Shown piece after piece: positions 28,001 to 37,306 of a stretch of DNA of 56,782 nt. Each line of letters starts with the position of its first letter. Position 1 is the stretch's first letter. Where the stretch lies: the NCBI GenBank assembly GCA_013812955.1, contig JACCSO010000450.1, forward strand, positions 1 through 56,782. The letters are read 5' to 3'. A program made the position numbers and the translations under genes. Origin of the DNA: Nannocystis sp. Lineage in GTDB: Bacteria; Myxococcota_A; Polyangia; Nannocystales; Nannocystaceae. The notes under the pieces were generated by a model, which saw only the letters and a program-made list of their open reading frames with translations, ran no database searches and was not told the origin of the DNA.

Positions 28001-30113
28001 GCGCAACGACCGCGTTGCCGATCTCCGAGAAGGCGTAGCGGCCGAGGTGAGCGATATGGGTGATGTGCTGGTCGTGCAGCAGACCCGTCTCGACGATCTG
28101 CTCGGAGAGCATGCCTGATTCGACAATCTCGGGGATGATAGTCTTCCGTGACCGCAGGTCCGCATAGGAGCGGAGAAACATCCACGAGTGCTGCGTAACC
28201 ATGGCGACGGCGCCGCCGCTTTTGCACAGCTCGAGGCAGCGGAGCATGAAGGCCGCGTAGAGGTCGCGCTTGCCGAATTCGTAGTGCTTCTCGACGTAGG
28301 GGCGGACCACGTCGCCCATATTCTTTGAGCCCATGTAGGGCGGGTTGGCGACCACCACGTCGTAGCGACGTGCGAGCAGCTCGAACGCCTGGACGGCTTT
28401 GCTGGCGGCTTGGCCGTAGAGGCGGCGACCGAGGTCGGCGTCGACGGCCTCGTCGGCGAAGTGGGCTTCGAGACTCGAGAGGGTCCGCCGCTTCCAGTCC
28501 TCGTAGCTCTCGACGCTGAGCGGCAGGGCGCCCTGTGCCGTCGCTGCGCGGAGCAGGTCGGTCTGGACGCCACCATAGGCGCGTGAGCGTGCGTGCTCTT
28601 CCTGTAGCTTACGCATCACCTTCTCAACTGGCCCCTCGACTTGCACGAGAGAGCCGAGCTCGTCGACGTGTGCGAGGCCCCGGAACACCTCGGCAAGCGC
28701 CGGGCGCAGCTGTGCCGTGTCTGGGTATTTCTTGATGAAGGCCGCGAGTTGGTCGCCTTCGCCGGGGAGGCGGATGTTGGTGGCGACCAGGTTCATCTCG
28801 AGGCCGGAGAGCGGGAGGCGACCGGTCGCGTCGCGCTCGTGGAGGTCGATGCCCTGGTCGGCGATCTTCTCGGCGGCGGCCATCCACAGCGCGGCCTCGG
28901 CGATCTGCACCGCGCGTTCGTCGATGTCGAGGCCGTACAGGTTGCGCTCGAGGATCGCGCGGGCGCGGCCGACTGGATCGTCGACGAAGGCGCCCTCCTC
29001 CTCATACATGTCCCAGAGGTCAGCCTGGGCCGCGAGCAGGAAATGGCCAGAGCCGCAAGCAGGGTCCAGGACGGTGAGCGTCGCGGCGGACCGGCGGGGC
29101 ATCGGCGCCCGGTCTGCGTCGCGGACGAAGTAGTCCCACTGCTCGGTGAGGCGGGTGTTGGGATGCATGGCGGCCCAGGTCGCGCCCAGTGAGTTCTGGA
29201 CCAGGAAGCGGACCATGTAGGGCTCGGTGTAGAGCTGGGTCGCCGGAATGATGTCGGCGCCCTCGATCTTGGTCCCCTTCTTGGTGCGGACCGCCGTGAA
29301 CACTCGCTCCTTGGTGTCGGTGTTCCAGAACTGGTAGGCCCATCCCAGCGCATCGGGGGCGGAGAAGACCGCGTCGTCGGCCGGTGCGGCGCTACGTGGC
29401 GACTCCGTGCCAGACAGCAGCGCGAGGCATCGGCGCAGGGCGGCGAGTGTCGGGCGAAGCGCGAGGCCGGGCGCCGTCGGCTGGAAGAGTCGTGGAAGAC
29501 GCTCGGCGTGGAGCTCGAAGGCCTCGAGCAGGGCCGCAAAGAGTCCCTCGTCGTCGCCGCGGCCGGCGTCAGGGTCGCGCTTGATGAGCCGAAATTGAGC
29601 GAGCGAGCGACCGCCGTAGATTTCCTTCTGCACCACGACCTCGTCGATGAGACCACGGGCCTCCATGCAGCGGAGCGCGAGCAGGCGGTTGGCCCAGGTG
29701 TAGGCGCTCTCGCGGAGGAACTCGCCGACGCAATCGCCTCTGACCTGGTTGCGCTCGGCGGCGGTGAGCGTGATGGGGGCCTTCTTCGGCTCGGCCTTCG
29801 GCGCGGCGGCCGTCTCCGCAGCCTTACGTCCGCGCTTCGCGGAGGCGCGACGGGCCTCCTCGGCGACCTTCAGGTCGAGGGCAGCCGTGAGCCGGAGCTC
29901 GAGGTATGCGTCGAAGGTCTGGCGCGCCTTGAGGTCGACATGACGTGGGAGCTCGTCAATGGGAAGGGGTTCACGGTCGCTGCGCACGCCGAGCTCGACG
30001 AGGCGGCGCTCGAGGTCGCCGGGCTGCCGGCCCGCATCGTTTTCAGAACCCTCGAGCTCGGCCCGGAGCTCGAGCACCAGCGCGCGCAGAATCTTCTTGT
30101 GCTCCGGTGTCAT
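25062..30113 (-). CDS. pglX: BREX N6-adenine DNA methyltransferase PglX/BrxX (1683 aa)
   Basis: YTWANRLLALRCME, PATQLYTEPYMV, LDPACGSGHF (motif I), VVANPPY (motif IV), KGGGYAKWFG, PDLNDGVRVN. ATGA overlap with brxC. Confidence 0.93.
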   Translation of the reverse strand: MTPEHKKILRALVLELRAELEGSENDAGRQPGDLERRLVELGVRSDREPLPIDELPRHVDLKARQTFDAYLELRLTAALDLKVAEEARRASAKRGRKAAETAAAPKAEPKKAPITLTAAERNQVRGDCVGEFLRESAYTWANRLLALRCMEARGLIDEVVVQKEIYGGRSLAQFRLIKRDPDAGRGDDEGLFAALLEAFELHAERLPRLFQPTAPGLALRPTLAALRRCLALLSGTESPRSAAPADDAVFSAPDALGWAYQFWNTDTKERVFTAVRTKKGTKIEGADIIPATQLYTEPYMVRFLVQNSLGATWAAMHPNTRLTEQWDYFVRDADRAPMPRRSAATLTVLDPACGSGHFLLAAQADLWDMYEEEGAFVDDPVGRARAILERNLYGLDIDERAVQIAEAALWMAAAEKIADQGIDLHERDATGRLPLSGLEMNLVATNIRLPGEGDQLAAFIKKYPDTAQLRPALAEVFRGLAHVDELGSLVQVEGPVEKVMRKLQEEHARSRAYGGVQTDLLRAATAQGALPLSVESYEDWKRRTLSSLEAHFADEAVDADLGRRLYGQAASKAVQAFELLARRYDVVVANPPYMGSKNMGDVVRPYVEKHYEFGKRDLYAAFMLRCLELCKSGGAVAMVTQHSWMFLRSYADLRSRKTIIPEIVESGMLSEQIVETGLLHDQHITHIAHLGRYAFSEIGNAVVAPVLFVLRNAPAQEHAPMWCCRLTVPREAALQASLLQAATRDSTVPYVFQPQQAQLLRIPQRPIAYWLREHFFQLLAGPKFGDVARVAQGMATAEDVRFVRFVWETPRATWTRTFPQDGRWVPFEKGGGYAKWFGHQWWMVDWQHHGARLAGFPGSVIRNPDFYFKPGWNYSRMARGAMGARFQDQPGTFSDKGPGIFFKSEKTAHYCNSRIFSFFVRTSSPSLAFEVDSVVRAPIPDDRSRALEPATSTDSLVKSKRVLIARDPTERAFCRPKDYTAPTLRTWARDDLLSTFAESAVLHTLEGQSERDAFAAYDLDEADTATIIADVGTPAGWFDLVEGHTDHDELPWPGDCVAPTLPPTRTTAPIPATLRAALEAGPSGSSDDEDDTGDDEADEGLTGQPIPTETFLEALAQRFSVHPISLHSLLRTGIETQGWRCAPEEQRVVRDRLTILTLHLLGHQWPQQVIAGEPLPAWADSDGIIPITEGTHESTLIARMRARLTAEFPDTPLGETERDIAEIAGLSLEAWSEGGFFRHHITQFRRRPVAWQLQSAAPKRGTRLAFACLLHFHALEADSLPKLRTHYLRPLRTRAETELRGLEAISRDKHTDVQRERVPALEEQIKALRDLDDDLGKVIERGFFTPELAACAIDDAAESHLAQLLDALTRRLVATLPSEALNAPATTYLRALEEAATRARQALPSVLPASGVSILDEPTIVDLEPFRTGLRSDLESLAQNLAGAGTFETFVTLERDGAKSIATQAEKLAETDPTAARLAELLDPARARPAFPLAQAKALASGTPDVVAEAQHILETQTAALQAVVYTHLFTRLDALLTDRCEAAYSNIPKRFFTVKKVRAVDAPQAELRTIVRAWASAAWRHVLALASGFAVHDEHSAPDPGRPAPRDLPAFIRQEQAYTPDLNDGVRVNIAPLQRAGLLAADVLPTKDLQKALEDRARWRSDERRWCRGGRLPQLGWWPDIR

Positions 30114-33100
30114 CCTTCGAGCTCTACCTCGAAGCCGTCGGCCAGGAGCAGTCGGACCTGGGTGTCCAGACGATCGCGGAGCGCCTCCCAATCAGCGATG
30201 TTGCGGATCGGACCCGCGGCACGAACACGACGCGGGCCGCGTGGAGCCTCGCCGGTCCCACCACCGCCACAACCGCCGCCGCGATCGTCCTCCACGGGGT
30301 CGACGATCTCGTCGTCGTCGTTGTCGTTCCTTGGCGTCGCGGCCTTGAGAGACAGCTCGAGGTTGCGAATGCACCGGCGCGCGATGTCAGGCAATGCGAT
30401 CACGGCGCTGGGAGCCCGATCGCGGTCGAGTTCGACGAGGAGTTGCCGGACGGGACCAGCAAACTCTGCCTCGCGCGCCGCGAGCTTGCGACGAGTGAGC
30501 TCATCCGGAAGCCCTGCCAGGGCTGCGTCGAGCAGGCCCCGAGCCTCCTCGCGCCAGGGCACCAGAAACGCGGGGAGCTCGCTGTTGGCGTGGCCGTAGA
30601 GGGCCACGATCTGCTTCCAGGGCTCCGCGTTGGTCAGGGTTCCGCTGGCGATCGCTGCGCCGTGCTCGTCGAGAAAGTTGCGCAGCGCGTGGCCATCGGG
30701 GATGTGGTGCTCGATCGCGGTCAGCTGTTTGACCAAGTGGTCCATCGTGCGGAACAGGTCGCGATGTTTGGTCGTGAAGTCGGTGAGATGGCGGATCGCA
30801 GCGTGACCAGCGCTGAGCACCGGGCGCATCGCGTGGATCTGGAGGACTCGCTCGCTCGGGCCTTGCAGGTCATGGACCTCCTGCCAGGCGACCAGGCCGT
30901 CCTCGAACGCCTTCGGTAGCGCGACGCCCGCCGTATCCGACCACAGACGGATCGTCTCAGCCTGCTGTACGAGGCTCTGGGCGAGGGTACCGGCGGCGAT
31001 GGACAGCGCAGCGGGGGTCTCGTCGAGCTTGCGCTGCTTCAGCTCCTTCATGAGGAACAACCGCGTCTCGTTGAGCACCTCCGGGGGGACCTCGACCACG
31101 GTGAGCTCGAGCTCGATGGCGGCGAAGCGCTTGGTCAGGCGCAGCTCGTCAAGAAGGGCCGGCTCCTTCGGATCTTGCAGGGCGCGCTTGCCGACGAGCA
31201 CTTTGACCAACCCGGCGCGGATCATCGCGGCGATGCCGACGCGGATCGCGTTGCCGTCCCACCCGTAGGGCGGGTTCTCGAAGAATTCCAGCAGTTCGCG
31301 GCCGTGTAGGCGCTGGCCGCGACGCCCAGCCGCGTCGAGCTGGACGCGCAGGGTCGAGATCAGCGGCCCGTTGGGGTCGAGCTTGTTGGCCTTGTCGTAG
31401 AGCTTGAGGTCGGCGGCATCCTTGGTCGCGGGGGGCTCCCCGGCGAGCGCGTCCTTGATCGCACGCTCCTCGTTCTCGATGCGCACCGGCATGCGGCTGA
31501 AGTTTGGGTACAGGGTCGGCCAGAACTCGGCGATCTCGGCCCGGAGGGCGTCCGCGAGGGAGCTCTTGTTCGCAGCGATGGCGAGGAGGCGAGCGGAGCC
31601 GCGGAACACGAGGTTTCCGGTGCGCAGACCCTCGCCGAGGTGGTCGACGATCCGCCGCTTGAGCTTCTCCAGGCTGTCGCCCTCGTGCTCGTGGGCGAGC
31701 TTCTTGGCGTCATCGCTGCGACGCGGGTCGCTCTTCCAGCGCTGGATGACCTCGGCCATGGCGAGGAAGCGCGCGAGCTCCTCGGCGAAGCGGCTTCTCC
31801 GCCCGGAGACGAGGAAGATGGAGTTGGCCGCGTCCTCGCGCAGGCTCTGGGACTCGACCTCGTGGAGGTTGCGATCGGCGAGCGGCGTGAAGACGTGGAC
31901 GCTGACTGGCGCCTCGCGACCGACCCGAACGCCGTCGATCCAGAGCGCGAACGGGAAGTTGTGGCCCGCAAACGCGATCTCCTCGATCTTGAACCAGGAG
32001 CGCCACTCGGGCTTGGCCGCGGTCCCGACGAAGCGCTGGCGCAGTCCGACCTCTCGCTCGGCGCGGCTGCGGTACTGCTGCTCCTCGGTGGCGCCGACTT
32101 CATCCTCGAAGGTGCGACGCTCGCCGGTGAGGAACTCGTACTCGTCGCCGTTGCGCGCGACGAGCTTGGCCCGGATGAGGCGCTCGAGCTCGGGCTCGAC
32201 GCGGGCGAGCACGGTCGGGATGTCCTCGTCGACGCTGCGCACCAGCAGGCGCGCGAGGTTGGCGGCGGTGCGGGGGACGTAGGGTAGCTCGCGCAGGAGG
32301 AAGAGGACCTCGGCGACGGGCGTGGTCCACTCGGTACAACCCGGGACCTTGTCGCGGATGCGGCTGAGGTCGGTGCGGACATCGGGGCTGACTTCGCCCT
32401 CCCCTGCGAGGTTGTGATAGACCTCGTCGAAGCTCACCAGCTGGCCGACGGCCTCGTGGATGTACTTGCGACGGCCGTCGCGCAGGATGTCCTGGGAGAT
32501 GGCGAGGAGGGTGCGCGTCGAGCCGGAGAGCTGCTCGCCGCGGCCGCCCCGGGAGCGCAGCGCCTTGACCAGGTCCGGGATGACGTGGATCTGGTACGGG
32601 AAGAACGGGTAGTAGACGGGGAAGCTTTCCTCCGTGCAGGTCGGCATGGTCTGAGCGGTGTCGGCGAGCTCGCCGAGTCCGCGCAGGACGCCGCCGCGTT
32701 CGGCATAGATGGCCTTGAGGGTCTCGCGTCCGGTGACCTTCTTGCGGAAGAGGCGGTCGGCGAGGACCTGCTCGATGTTCTCGGTGGTGAGGGCGAACTT
32801 GAAGCGGAAGCGGCCCTCGATCTTCTTCATGTCCGACTGGAGCGCCTGGGCCTCCTTGAGGATCGAGCCCATGTCGCCGTGGGTGGTGACGACGATCCAG
32901 ATCTGGCCCTGGCCCTTGATCGCGGCCTCCTCGATCAACGCCTGGAGCTGCGACAGCCGGCCCTGGTCGCTCTCGATCCACTGGCCGGACTCGTCGAGGA
33001 CGAGCATCAGCCGCTGCGGCCGACGCCGTTGCTCACGACGGAGCTGGAGGTCGGTGAGGATCGTGTCGACGAGGAAGCTGACGTTGTAGATCTCGCCCTG

Positions 33101-33805
33101 TTTGGCCTGGTCGAGCGCGTGCTGCACGGCTGCGACGTTGGGGAATCGATCAGGGGCGACCTCGACGACGGCCTCGTACATGGCCTTGCCGAAGAAGGCG
33201 GGGTTCTTCTGCGCCTCGCTCCAGGACTTGCGGGCGCGCCGCTCGAAGGCGGCGTGGAGGTCGGCGAGCTTCCCCTCACGATCGAGCTGGACCTCGATGA
33301 CGCGGGCGAAGATGAAGTTGGTGCTGTAGCCGCGCCACTTGTAATACTCGGAGAGCAACAGCTGCGGGAGCGGGCGCTGCTTGCTGTCGGCGAGCGTGTT
33401 GAGGTTGAAGGCGAGGACGGTGGTGTCGCACTGGGGCAGCCGCTTGAGCGAGCGCTCGAGGGAGCCGCGGCGAGGGGCGTCCGGGGGGATGCGCCCGGTG
33501 AAGCGATCGGCGGCCGAGGTGCCGGCGAGCACGCGGTTCTCGGCGAGCAGCGCGGCGATCTTGGCGAAGTGGGACTTGCCCGAGCCGAAGTAGCCGGAGA
33601 TCCAGACGCCGATCTCGGTCTGGCTCGTCATGAATGTGTCGGTGAAGTGCTCGAGGAAGTCGTCGAGGTAGCCCTCGATCATCGGGGTCACGACATAGCT
33701 GCCGATCTCCCGCGCCAGCTTGGTGTCGTCGCCGGTCTCACCGACCTTGATGACAGGCTCGATCTTCTCTTCGACCTTGGTCTCGAACAGCTCGCCGATA
33801 TTCAT
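30110..33805 (-). CDS. brxC: BREX P-loop ATPase BrxC
   Basis: GVWISGYFGSGKSH Walker A, LVLDESGQ Walker B, KIEGRF, YPFFPYQ, PPYGW. Confidence 0.95.
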   Translation of the reverse strand: MNIGELFETKVEEKIEPVIKVGETGDDTKLAREIGSYVVTPMIEGYLDDFLEHFTDTFMTSQTEIGVWISGYFGSGKSHFAKIAALLAENRVLAGTSAADRFTGRIPPDAPRRGSLERSLKRLPQCDTTVLAFNLNTLADSKQRPLPQLLLSEYYKWRGYSTNFIFARVIEVQLDREGKLADLHAAFERRARKSWSEAQKNPAFFGKAMYEAVVEVAPDRFPNVAAVQHALDQAKQGEIYNVSFLVDTILTDLQLRREQRRRPQRLMLVLDESGQWIESDQGRLSQLQALIEEAAIKGQGQIWIVVTTHGDMGSILKEAQALQSDMKKIEGRFRFKFALTTENIEQVLADRLFRKKVTGRETLKAIYAERGGVLRGLGELADTAQTMPTCTEESFPVYYPFFPYQIHVIPDLVKALRSRGGRGEQLSGSTRTLLAISQDILRDGRRKYIHEAVGQLVSFDEVYHNLAGEGEVSPDVRTDLSRIRDKVPGCTEWTTPVAEVLFLLRELPYVPRTAANLARLLVRSVDEDIPTVLARVEPELERLIRAKLVARNGDEYEFLTGERRTFEDEVGATEEQQYRSRAEREVGLRQRFVGTAAKPEWRSWFKIEEIAFAGHNFPFALWIDGVRVGREAPVSVHVFTPLADRNLHEVESQSLREDAANSIFLVSGRRSRFAEELARFLAMAEVIQRWKSDPRRSDDAKKLAHEHEGDSLEKLKRRIVDHLGEGLRTGNLVFRGSARLLAIAANKSSLADALRAEIAEFWPTLYPNFSRMPVRIENEERAIKDALAGEPPATKDAADLKLYDKANKLDPNGPLISTLRVQLDAAGRRGQRLHGRELLEFFENPPYGWDGNAIRVGIAAMIRAGLVKVLVGKRALQDPKEPALLDELRLTKRFAAIELELTVVEVPPEVLNETRLFLMKELKQRKLDETPAALSIAAGTLAQSLVQQAETIRLWSDTAGVALPKAFEDGLVAWQEVHDLQGPSERVLQIHAMRPVLSAGHAAIRHLTDFTTKHRDLFRTMDHLVKQLTAIEHHIPDGHALRNFLDEHGAAIASGTLTNAEPWKQIVALYGHANSELPAFLVPWREEARGLLDAALAGLPDELTRRKLAAREAEFAGPVRQLLVELDRDRAPSAVIALPDIARRCIRNLELSLKAATPRNDNDDDEIVDPVEDDRGGGCGGGGTGEAPRGPRRVRAAGPIRNIADWEALRDRLDTQVRLLLADGFEVELEG

Positions 33806-33836
33806 AGGAGCCTCACGTGGATGATAGGCAGTCGGA

Positions 33837-34406
33837 TCAGAGGAGGTCGCCGCGGTACATGAACTCGTCGCGCAGGTCGACGAAGCGATACACCCGCGCA
33901 GCGACGAGCGTGCCGGGGATCAAGACCAGCACGGGGCCGGCGAGGTCGCTCTGGGCGCTGTCCCACATCTGCTGCATGAGGTGCTGCGCGCCGCAGACCG
34001 GGTGCAGCGCTGCGAGCCGCTCGAGGCAGAGGACCGGGCGGCCGCCGGTTGTCTTGGCGAACTCGTCATGAACAGCCTTTACGATGGCGCCGAGCCATGC
34101 CCGCCCGAGGTCGGCGGTGGGGTCGGAGCCGGGCATCGGGTCGCGGAGGGCCTCGAGGACGTTGTCGAGCCCGAAGTCGTCGAGGACCGACTGCGTGACC
34201 GCGAGGACGTCGACCGTGCGGAGGTCGAAGTCGGGGCTGAGGGCGGAGGACTGGGTCCGCCACTCTTGAAGCACCGCGATCTCTTCCTCGGGCGGGTAGA
34301 CGAGCGCGAGGAACGGTGCGCCGGTCTTGCGGCCGATGTGCTGGTAGCGAACGCGGATGCGATCGATGGCCTCACCGATCGCCCAGCGCCAGTCGTGATC
34401 GGTCAT
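33837..34406 (-). CDS. brxB: BREX protein BrxB (DUF1788-like, 189 aa)
   Basis: LVYPPEEE, VLVLIPG and terminal YRG motifs. ATG 34406 overlaps the brxA stop; canonical position. Confidence 0.85.
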   Translation of the reverse strand: MTDHDWRWAIGEAIDRIRVRYQHIGRKTGAPFLALVYPPEEEIAVLQEWRTQSSALSPDFDLRTVDVLAVTQSVLDDFGLDNVLEALRDPMPGSDPTADLGRAWLGAIVKAVHDEFAKTTGGRPVLCLERLAALHPVCGAQHLMQQMWDSAQSDLAGPVLVLIPGTLVAARVYRFVDLRDEFMYRGDLL

Positions 34407-35188
34407 GTGAGGGTCACCCAGTCGGCGGGGGTGTGCAGGACGACGTGACTGCCGGCGCGCTCGAAGCCGATCCGCCGGGTCTGCGAGAGCCGCGTCAGCA
34501 CGTCGGCGACGTCGTTGGGGGTGCAGAGGAAGATCCGCCAGGTGGGGTCTTCGAGGATCTCGGCGCCGCGCTTGCCCTCGCCGATCAGCACGCGCAGGAC
34601 GTGCTCGGCGGTCGAGATGGGGAGCACGGGCCGGATCAGCCGCTTGCGCTGCGTGCCCTCGAGCAGGCCGAGGTCCCGGAGGCAGGACAGGATGTCGCCG
34701 GCGAGGCGCTTGCGGGTGGGCTCGGTCCAGCGGCCGATCTGGGGCTGCTCGTCGCGGGCTTGATCGAAGAAGGCCAGGAGGTCGTCGCGGTCGACGCCGA
34801 GGCGGCCCTCGCACCAGTGCGCCCACAGCGGGCCAGTCACGAAGTCGAAGACGAGGCGGTCCTGCAGGGCGTAGCGCAGCAGCAGCGACGAGAGGAACTC
34901 GGGGCTGCGCTCGCCTTGATCAAGGGCGGCGAGCAGCGCCTCGAAGATCCAGGGCTGGCCGTGATCGAGGAGGCGGTGGGCGAGGCGCTTGAGGATCCCT
35001 TCGCGGGTGACGCGGGCGCGCTGGGGCAGGATGCGACCGGCGAGGACGGCAGCGCGGAGTTCAGCGGGCGCGACGCCGCGCTGGAGGGCACGGAGGATGG
35101 CGGCCGACTCGGCGAGCAGGCCACCCTTCCCGGTCCCGCGGGTGCTGTAGGCGCCGGTGTCGCGGATGCCGATGGTGAGGCGGGCCAT
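34403..35188 (-). CDS. brxA: BREX protein BrxA (DUF1819-like, 261 aa)
   Basis: YSTR...GGLLAES, DRLVFDF, WTEPTRKRLA...LRDLGLLEG. First gene of the operon; start uncertain. Confidence 0.85.
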   Translation of the reverse strand: MARLTIGIRDTGAYSTRGTGKGGLLAESAAILRALQRGVAPAELRAAVLAGRILPQRARVTREGILKRLAHRLLDHGQPWIFEALLAALDQGERSPEFLSSLLLRYALQDRLVFDFVTGPLWAHWCEGRLGVDRDDLLAFFDQARDEQPQIGRWTEPTRKRLAGDILSCLRDLGLLEGTQRKRLIRPVLPISTAEHVLRVLIGEGKRGAEILEDPTWRIFLCTPNDVADVLTRLSQTRRIGFERAGSHVVLHTPADWVTLT

Positions 35189-35342
35189 CGTGGCGGGGCG
35201 AGTTTGGCCCAGTTCGGGCAGGATCGCCCAGCGGTTTGTTGTGCCGGCGCGGCGAGCCGCAGGCGGCAGCCGGGGTGAGGTCACCTGCATGAGCGGAGGA
35301 GGCTATCGAGCGCGGTAGGAAGGTGCAAGGACCCCCGAGCCC

Positions 35343-35382
35343 GGCTGCGCCCTTGTCGGAGGACGCGCGGCTGCGCCCCTTG
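35343..35382. repeat. Short direct repeat in the divergent brxA / DUF262 intergenic region
   Basis: ggctgcgcccttg (35343-35355) and ggctgcgccccttg (35369-35382). Confidence 0.45.
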
Positions 35383-35430
35383 CGCCACGACCGCCGGCCC
35401 CGGTAGAAGCAAGATGCCCCTCGCATCGCC

Positions 35431-37293
35431 ATGAGAACCGACACCGCCAAGCTCCATCAACTCTTCTCCATGGAGCGCCGGTTCGTGATCCCGCTGTTCC
35501 AGCGACCCTACGTCTGGGGACCCGATCAGTGGGACGCGCTCTGGGAGGACATCCGCGAGATGACGGAGGGGATCCACGACGCGGGCGTCGGATCCCGGCC
35601 GGCGCACTTCCTCGGCGCCATCGTGCTGCAGGGCGTGCCGCTGACCGGGCACCACATCGCCGCGTTCCAGGTGATCGATGGGCAGCAGCGGCTGACCACC
35701 CTCCAACTGTTCTTGAGCGCGCTTCGCGCGGCGGCCTTGTTCCTCAAAGTCCCGCGGGTCCCCGACATGACCGTGTCGCTCTTCCAGAACCGCGACGTCG
35801 TCGTGGATGAGGAAGTGGAGAAGTGGAAGGTCTGGCCCACGCGCAAGGACCAGGACCAGTACCTCAAGGCGATGAACGCGACGGACCGCGCGACGATCGC
35901 GGCCGAGTTCCCGGACCGCGACCCGAAGGACCGGCGGCGCAAGCTCCCCCGACCGCCCATGGTCGCCGCGTGGATCTATTTTCACGACGCCATCGTCACG
36001 TGGAGCTCGGCGACGTCCGATCCGGGCCGGGCCGTCGGTGATCGGGTGCTCGATGTCTTCAGCGCGCTCAGGACCCGCCTGGAGATGGTGCAGATCGACC
36101 TCACCGAGCACGAGAGTCCGCAGGTCATCTTCGAGACCCTCAACGCGCGCGGAGTGCCGCTCCTCGCCGCAGACCTCCTTCGCAACTACATCTTCCAGCG
36201 CGCCGGTTCGCCGGCCGCCGCGGAGCACCTGCACCGGACCTACTGGCAGCGCTTCGAGTCCGACCTGGACCCCCAGAGCCCGGCGCTGGGCCGCTGGTGG
36301 GACCAGGAGGAGCGCCAGGGTCGAATGACCCGCGCGCGCCTCGACCTGTTTCTCCAGCACTACGTCACGGCGCAGACCAGTCGGGTGGTGCGCATCCCCG
36401 ACCTGTTCGACGACTACAAGACTTGGGTCAAGGGCGGCCCGTTCCAGACGGTCGAGGAGGAGCTCAAGACGCTCACCCGCTATGCGGCGCACTTCGAGAC
36501 CCTCCTGCGTGGCGACGAGTCGAAGCCCATCGGCCGCTTCGCGGCGCGCGTGCGGGCGATGGATCAATCGACGGTGTTTCCGCTGGTGCTCTGGGTGCTC
36601 GACACGCCCAGCCTGACCGAGCCCGATCGCGTCGCCATCCTGCGAGACCTCGAGTCCTTCCTGCTGCGCCGGATGGTCTGCGGCCGCCCGACCAACGGGT
36701 ATAACAAGCTCTTTCTGCAGCTCCTCACTGGGTTCCGGGCGCAGCCGGGTGGCAACGCGGCGGCCTTCCGCGCATTGCTCGCTGCCGGGAAGACCGAAGT
36801 GTCCGAGTGGCCCGATGACGCCACCTTCGAGAAGGCGTGGATGGACCTCGATGCCTACTCGGAGCTCGGTTCGGGGCGCGTCGTCATGGTCCTGCGCGCG
36901 CTGGAAGCCGAGCTCCACGGGCCGAAGACCGAGCACGTCGCGGTCCAGGGTCCTTTGAGCGTCGAGCACGTGATGCCGCAGGCATGGGAGTCACACTGGC
37001 CGCTGCCCGGCGTGCTCGCCGAGCAGATCGAGCTCGGTGCTCGCAGCGCCCTGCTGCACGACTTCGGCAACCTGACGCTCGTCACCCCGAATTTCAACAG
37101 CGCGCTCTCCAACCGCCCTGCCAGCGAGAAGCTTCCCGATATCGATCGTCACTCTGCGCTCATGCTCAATCGGGACTTCGGCGGTGGCCGCAGCACCTGG
37201 ATCGAGCAGGACATCCGCGACCGCTCTGGGCGGCTCTTCCAGCTCGCCCGGAAGGTCTGGCCGGGGCCCGGCTCCCCCACGGCTCGCGCGTGA
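35431..37293 (+). CDS. DUF262-DUF1524 (GmrSD / type IV restriction-like) nuclease
   Basis: IPLFQRPYVW, IDGQQRLTT and IFETLNARG (DUF262). SVEHVMPQ...GNLTL...N...N (DUF1524 HNH). Confidence 0.92.
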   Translation: MRTDTAKLHQLFSMERRFVIPLFQRPYVWGPDQWDALWEDIREMTEGIHDAGVGSRPAHFLGAIVLQGVPLTGHHIAAFQVIDGQQRLTTLQLFLSALRAAALFLKVPRVPDMTVSLFQNRDVVVDEEVEKWKVWPTRKDQDQYLKAMNATDRATIAAEFPDRDPKDRRRKLPRPPMVAAWIYFHDAIVTWSSATSDPGRAVGDRVLDVFSALRTRLEMVQIDLTEHESPQVIFETLNARGVPLLAADLLRNYIFQRAGSPAAAEHLHRTYWQRFESDLDPQSPALGRWWDQEERQGRMTRARLDLFLQHYVTAQTSRVVRIPDLFDDYKTWVKGGPFQTVEEELKTLTRYAAHFETLLRGDESKPIGRFAARVRAMDQSTVFPLVLWVLDTPSLTEPDRVAILRDLESFLLRRMVCGRPTNGYNKLFLQLLTGFRAQPGGNAAAFRALLAAGKTEVSEWPDDATFEKAWMDLDAYSELGSGRVVMVLRALEAELHGPKTEHVAVQGPLSVEHVMPQAWESHWPLPGVLAEQIELGARSALLHDFGNLTLVTPNFNSALSNRPASEKLPDIDRHSALMLNRDFGGGRSTWIEQDIRDRSGRLFQLARKVWPGPGSPTARA

Positions 37294-37306
37294 GGCGCTA
37301 TCCCCT

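Noticed and set aside
19679-37000. Many long overlapping or antisense ORFs across BREX and DUF262 (e.g. 32414..33862, 35281..36969, 29508..30599)
   Set aside because: Typical high-GC shadow frames, Arg/Pro/Ala-rich or mirror translations, overlapping well-supported genes.
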